A DNA stretch of 64,000 nucleotides from an uncultured Heliobacteriaceae bacterium. GTDB lineage: Bacteria > Acidobacteriota > Blastocatellia > RBC074. The stretch lies in NCBI GenBank assembly GCA_964563495.1, contig CAZLYK010000014.1, forward strand, positions 58-64,057, given 5' to 3'. Positions 60,700 through 64,000 of this stretch are shown in pieces. The first letter of the stretch is position 1. Each line of letters starts with the position of its first letter. Position numbers and translations under genes: made by a program. A model generated the notes under the pieces. That model saw only the letters and a program-made list of their open reading frames with translations. It was not told where the DNA came from and did not search any database.

Positions 60700-60801
60700 T
60701 TTGTCCGATTTTGGTCTGCCTTGTCTTTGATCATGTTTAATCCTGTGAAAATCCTGTTAATCCTGTCTATTTTCTTCTCATTCAAATGAAAATTGCTGTA
60801 G
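60700..60801. repeat. Half element (spacer, one arm and tail) of the AATCCTGT-type repeat (copy E6)
   Basis: ..tctgccttgtctttgatcatgtttaatcctgtgaaaatcctgttaatcctgtctattttcttctcattcaaatgaaaattgctgtag. It shares the arm with E2/E4 and the tail gaaaattgctgta with hairpin D3. Confidence 0.85.
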
Positions 60802-61064
60802 GAAGGCGAATCTTGGCAATCTTTTCCTTGCCGTCTCGAAGCAATTGGCTCTCAGCAAGGCCGTCGCCAAAGAATTCAATATCATTTCACATCTCTAGCG
60901 TTGTCTCGATTTAATGCCCTGGCAATATGGCCAGGCCATTCATTAGTCGCGTTCTCCGCTTCTTGCCTTGAGCGTGCAGCCCCGCCGCTTTGTATCTGCC
61001 GCCACTTCGTGGTAATAACTGTCCGAATCCTCCTAGTTCTTATTTTGCCTGGGGAGACAGAGTA

Positions 61065-62240
61065 ATGAAGCTCAACATAGTGGGCGGCGGGCCGGCCGGC
61101 TTGTACTTGGCCATTCTCATGAAACTGCAAAATCCCGCACGCGAAATTACTGTCGTCGAACGCGACGGACCGCAGGATACTTTCGGCTGGGGGATCGTTT
61201 TCTCCGACCAGACCTTCGCTTATCTGGCGGAAGGCGACCGGGCTTCGTTCGAGCGGATCACAAGCAATTGCGTGATCTGGGACAACGTGGACATCGTCCA
61301 CAAAAACCAGCGGATCACGATTCGCGGCAACAAGTTTTCCGGCATCGGGCGGCTGCGTTTTCTCGACGTCCTGCGCGCGCGCTGCCGCGAATTGCAGGTT
61401 GACCTGCGCTTTCATTCGCCGGTCACGGACCCGGAGGCGTACCGCGATTGCGACTTGCTGGTCGGCGCGGACGGCGCCAACAGCCAGGTGCGGCGGACCT
61501 GGCAGGATGCGTTCAAACCAACAGTGGACGTGCGCCGCAACAAATACATCTGGCTCGGCACTCCGCAGTTGTTTCACGGGCTGACGCTGACCTTCCGCGA
61601 AAACGACGCCGGCAAATTCATCGCGCACTCGTACAAATTCGACCAAGCCGCCAGCACCTTCATCGTCGAATGCAGCGAGGCGACCTGGCGCAACGCCGGA
61701 TTTGCTGAAAAGACCGAAGCGGAAACCTGCGCGTACCTGCAAACGGTTTTTGCCGACGACCTCAACGGACAACCGTTGCTGGCGAACAATTTCGTGCGCT
61801 GGCTCAACTTTACGTTGATACGCAACCGGCATTGGTGGCACGAAAACGTCGTACTGCTGGGCGACGCGCTGCACACGGCGCATTTTTCGATTGGATCGGG
61901 CACCAAGCTCGCGCTCGAAGACGCCGTCGCGCTGGCAAAGTGCTTCGCCGAACAGGCGGATGTGCGCGCGGCGCTGTCCGCCTTCGAGAGCATCCGCAAA
62001 CCGGTGGTCGAACAGTTGCAGGACGCGGCGTTTTCCAGCTTGCTGGCGCTCGAAAACATAGAAGCAGACTGGCCGCTCGAACCGCTGCCTTTCGCGCACC
62101 GGATGATGACGCGCAGCGGGCGGCTCACCCACGAAAAACTGAAACGCCGCGATCCCGACTTCGCCGCCGCTTATGAACGTTGGTGCGCTGACAACCCGCA
62201 ACCATCAATCCACAACCCGCAAGCGCATGTGGCATCCTGA
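61065..62240 (+). CDS. FAD-dependent aromatic-ring monooxygenase (N-terminal-half homologue of anthraniloyl/salicylyl-CoA monooxygenase-reductase)
   Basis: ATG at 61065. MKLNIVGGGPAGLYLAILM..VVERDGPQDTFGWGIVFSDQT.., DLLVGADGANS, and GDALHTAHFSIGSGTKLALEDA. Confidence 0.75.
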   Translation: MKLNIVGGGPAGLYLAILMKLQNPAREITVVERDGPQDTFGWGIVFSDQTFAYLAEGDRASFERITSNCVIWDNVDIVHKNQRITIRGNKFSGIGRLRFLDVLRARCRELQVDLRFHSPVTDPEAYRDCDLLVGADGANSQVRRTWQDAFKPTVDVRRNKYIWLGTPQLFHGLTLTFRENDAGKFIAHSYKFDQAASTFIVECSEATWRNAGFAEKTEAETCAYLQTVFADDLNGQPLLANNFVRWLNFTLIRNRHWWHENVVLLGDALHTAHFSIGSGTKLALEDAVALAKCFAEQADVRAALSAFESIRKPVVEQLQDAAFSSLLALENIEADWPLEPLPFAHRMMTRSGRLTHEKLKRRDPDFAAAYERWCADNPQPSIHNPQAHVAS

Positions 62241-63708
62241 GAACTCCATTCGGCACCAATTGCCTGAAACCTGCTGGCCGACGGCGGCGGAAGCCGCACG
62301 GTCAAAACTGTTTTCTCCGGTCGACGTAGGCCCGCTCAGCCTGACCAGCCGGACGTGGGTTCCGGCAATGGTTCCCTGGCGAGCGACCGAAGACGGTTTC
62401 GTGACGCGCAACGTGCTCGACTGGTACAGGCGCTTTGCCCGGGGGCGGCCCGGCGCAATCGTTGTTGAAGCGACCGGCGTGCGCGACATCCCTAGCGGGC
62501 CGTTGTTGCGCATCGGGCACGACCGGTTTATTCCAGGGCTGCGCCAACTGGTCGAAACCGTGCGCGAGGTGAGCGGCGGCCGGACGCGCCTGTTCATCCA
62601 GATCATTGATTTCCTGGCCGTCCGCCGCCGACCCGAAAAGGAAAAATACTTCGCGCGATTTTTGCAGATCGAAACGCGGCATCGGGAGCGGCTGGCAGCG
62701 GCGGCGCAAGACGAGCATTGGCTGACGGCTGAGGAAACGGAACTGCGCGCGCGGCTCGCCGCCGCGCCGGATGAATTGCACGACCAGGTTTTGAGCGAAC
62801 GCGAACTGGAAGCCCTGCGTTTCGGTTACCGCGAGCGCGTGACCGACACCCACCTGCCGCAGGTCACTGAATTGCCGCGCGTCTTGCCGGGCATCTTTGC
62901 CGACGCGGCGGCGCGCGCGAAAGAAGCGGGCTTTGACGGCGTCGAATTGCATTACGCGCATGCTTACACGATGGCGTCGTTCCTGAGCGCGACGAACACC
63001 CGCGCGGACGGTTACGGCGGCGCGCGCGAAAACCGCGTGCGGCTGCCGCTGGAAGTTTACGCGGCAGTGCGCCGGCGCGTCGGCGCTGATTACGTAGTCG
63101 GCGCGCGTTTCCTCGGCGATGAAGTGATCACGGGCGGCAACCGCATCGAAGACGCCGCCTGGTTCGGCGTCGAATTTGCGCGCGCCGGGCTGGATTTTCT
63201 TTCGGTCTCGAAAGGCGGCAAATTCGAAGACGCCAAACAGCCTAAAGTCGGCCACGCCGTTTACCCATACACCGGCCAGAGTGGGTTTGAATGCATGCCG
63301 CCAATCACATCCGACGCGCGCGGCCCCTTCGGGCGCAACCTCCCGCTATCGGCGGCGATCAAACGCGCGGTCAATGCGGCGGGGTTCGCCACGCCGGTTG
63401 TCGCGGCAGGCGGCATCGGCACGTTTGAACTGGCGGAAGCGACGTTACAGCGCAGCGAAGCGGACATCATTGCGGCGGCGCGCGCGGCACTGGCCGATCC
63501 GGACTGGTTCCTGAAAACCCGGCTGGGGCGCGGTGACGAAGTGCGGCGCTGCAATTTCACCAATTACTGCGAAGGGCTGGATCAGATGCACAAACAGGTG
63601 ACCTGCAAGCTGTGGGATCGTGCGCAACTCGACGAACCGGGCATCGCCAAAAGCGACGACGGCAAACGGCGGCTGATCGCGCCGAACTGGGAGGCAATAG
63701 AAGCATGA
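62227..63708 (+). CDS. Old Yellow Enzyme family NADH:flavin oxidoreductase (C-terminal-half homologue of the same bifunctional enzymes)
   Basis: ATG at 62227, overlapping the previous gene by 14 nt in another frame. OYE-like TIM-barrel motifs (GAIVVEATGV, FDGVELHYAHAYTMASFLS, GADYVVGARF, ADIIAAARAALADPDW). Confidence 0.7.
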   Translation: MWHPENSIRHQLPETCWPTAAEAARSKLFSPVDVGPLSLTSRTWVPAMVPWRATEDGFVTRNVLDWYRRFARGRPGAIVVEATGVRDIPSGPLLRIGHDRFIPGLRQLVETVREVSGGRTRLFIQIIDFLAVRRRPEKEKYFARFLQIETRHRERLAAAAQDEHWLTAEETELRARLAAAPDELHDQVLSERELEALRFGYRERVTDTHLPQVTELPRVLPGIFADAAARAKEAGFDGVELHYAHAYTMASFLSATNTRADGYGGARENRVRLPLEVYAAVRRRVGADYVVGARFLGDEVITGGNRIEDAAWFGVEFARAGLDFLSVSKGGKFEDAKQPKVGHAVYPYTGQSGFECMPPITSDARGPFGRNLPLSAAIKRAVNAAGFATPVVAAGGIGTFELAEATLQRSEADIIAAARAALADPDWFLKTRLGRGDEVRRCNFTNYCEGLDQMHKQVTCKLWDRAQLDEPGIAKSDDGKRRLIAPNWEAIEA

Positions 63709-64000
63709 GTTCGTTGGCCGGAAAAATTGCGCTGGTCACTGGCGGCGGGCGCGGCATAGGAGCGGCGAGCGCGCTGGCGCTGGCCGAAGCGGGCGCGGAT
63801 GTGGTTGTTTGCTCGCGCTCGGCAAATGAAATCAATTCAATCGCGGACAGAATTCGCGCCGGCGGACGGCGGGCGCTGGCGCTGACCTGCGACGTGACCG
63901 ACGCGGCGCAGGTGCGGCAACTGGCCGGCGATGTGGCGCGCGAACTTGGCGCGGTCGAAATCCTGGTCAACAACGCCGGGCTGGGTCGCAGCCATCGCTT
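63705..64000 (+). CDS. Short-chain dehydrogenase/reductase (FabG-like), 5' partial at window end
   Basis: ATGA overlap with the previous stop. KIALVTGGGRGIGAA (TGxxxGxG) and NNAG motifs. Truncated by the window edge. Confidence 0.85.
   Translation, partial: MSSLAGKIALVTGGGRGIGAASALALAEAGADVVVCSRSANEINSIADRIRAGGRRALALTCDVTDAAQVRQLAGDVARELGAVEILVNNAGLGRSHR

Noticed and set aside
60913-60940. Imperfect inverted repeat aatgccctgg-N8-ccaggccatt, about 125 nt upstream of the monooxygenase gene, as a candidate operator.
   Set aside because: A single short imperfect palindrome with no adjacent regulator gene and no second copy. Too weak to call.
60882-62201. 439-aa ORF on the minus strand, opposite the FAD monooxygenase gene.
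   Set aside because: It is an antisense shadow ORF typical of GC-rich DNA. The translation is Arg/Ala/Gly-rich with low complexity and no motifs, whereas the plus-strand frame has clear FAD-monooxygenase motifs.

Overview
This is a 64-kb, GC-rich, gene-dense chromosomal segment. About 47 protein-coding genes lie on both strands, many with 1-4 nt start/stop overlaps. I saw no rRNA, tRNA, CRISPR array, transposase or integrase. All family calls come from reading motifs in the supplied translations; no search was run. The gene content suggests a soil heterotroph, possibly Acidobacteriota-like, but that is a weak inference. It includes secreted GH127, CE15, DPP-IV, a sulfatase, PQQ-type beta-propellers, many ECF sigma / TPR-CHAT proteins and DUF-rich secreted proteins.

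Main blocks, in order:
- 1-7.2 kb: secreted hydrolases.
- 7.9-9.1 kb: ada.
- 9.1-14.9 kb: a light/UV-type cluster with a class II photolyase, SDR-DUF2867, fasciclin and a MerR/B12 CarH-LitR-like regulator. It also holds two N-terminal gene remnants, each running into the start codon of the next gene.
- 15.2-20.6 kb and 24.4-29.3 kb: two paralogous ECF-type sigma / zinc-finger anti-sigma / secreted TPR-CHAT protease modules.
- Between those modules: an operon of a small coiled-coil protein, DUF3179 and an ABC-2 exporter. The DUF3179 gene has an in-frame TGA exactly at the first Cys of its CxxC motif, followed by an fdhF-like SECIS hairpin, so it is a candidate selenoprotein.
- 32.4-36.3 kb: LamG/TIG and cohesin/dockerin-like surface proteins.
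- 36.9-41.9 kb: B12-radical SAM, sulfatase, methyltransferase and zinc-ribbon genes.
- 42.4-45.8 kb: glnS-gltX.
- 45.9-52.9 kb and 61-64 kb: aromatic/CoA-thioester catabolism. This covers a VOC dioxygenase, pobA, MFS, a feruloyl-CoA-synthase-like ligase, a split anthraniloyl/salicylyl-CoA monooxygenase-reductase-like pair and an SDR.
- 53.4-60.1 kb: desaturase, DUF305+LVIVD, CE15 and a PQQ/EF-hand propeller.

Intergenic regions carry two linked families of dispersed palindromic repeats. One shows compensatory stem substitutions between copies. The other includes a perfect 49-bp-arm inverted repeat.
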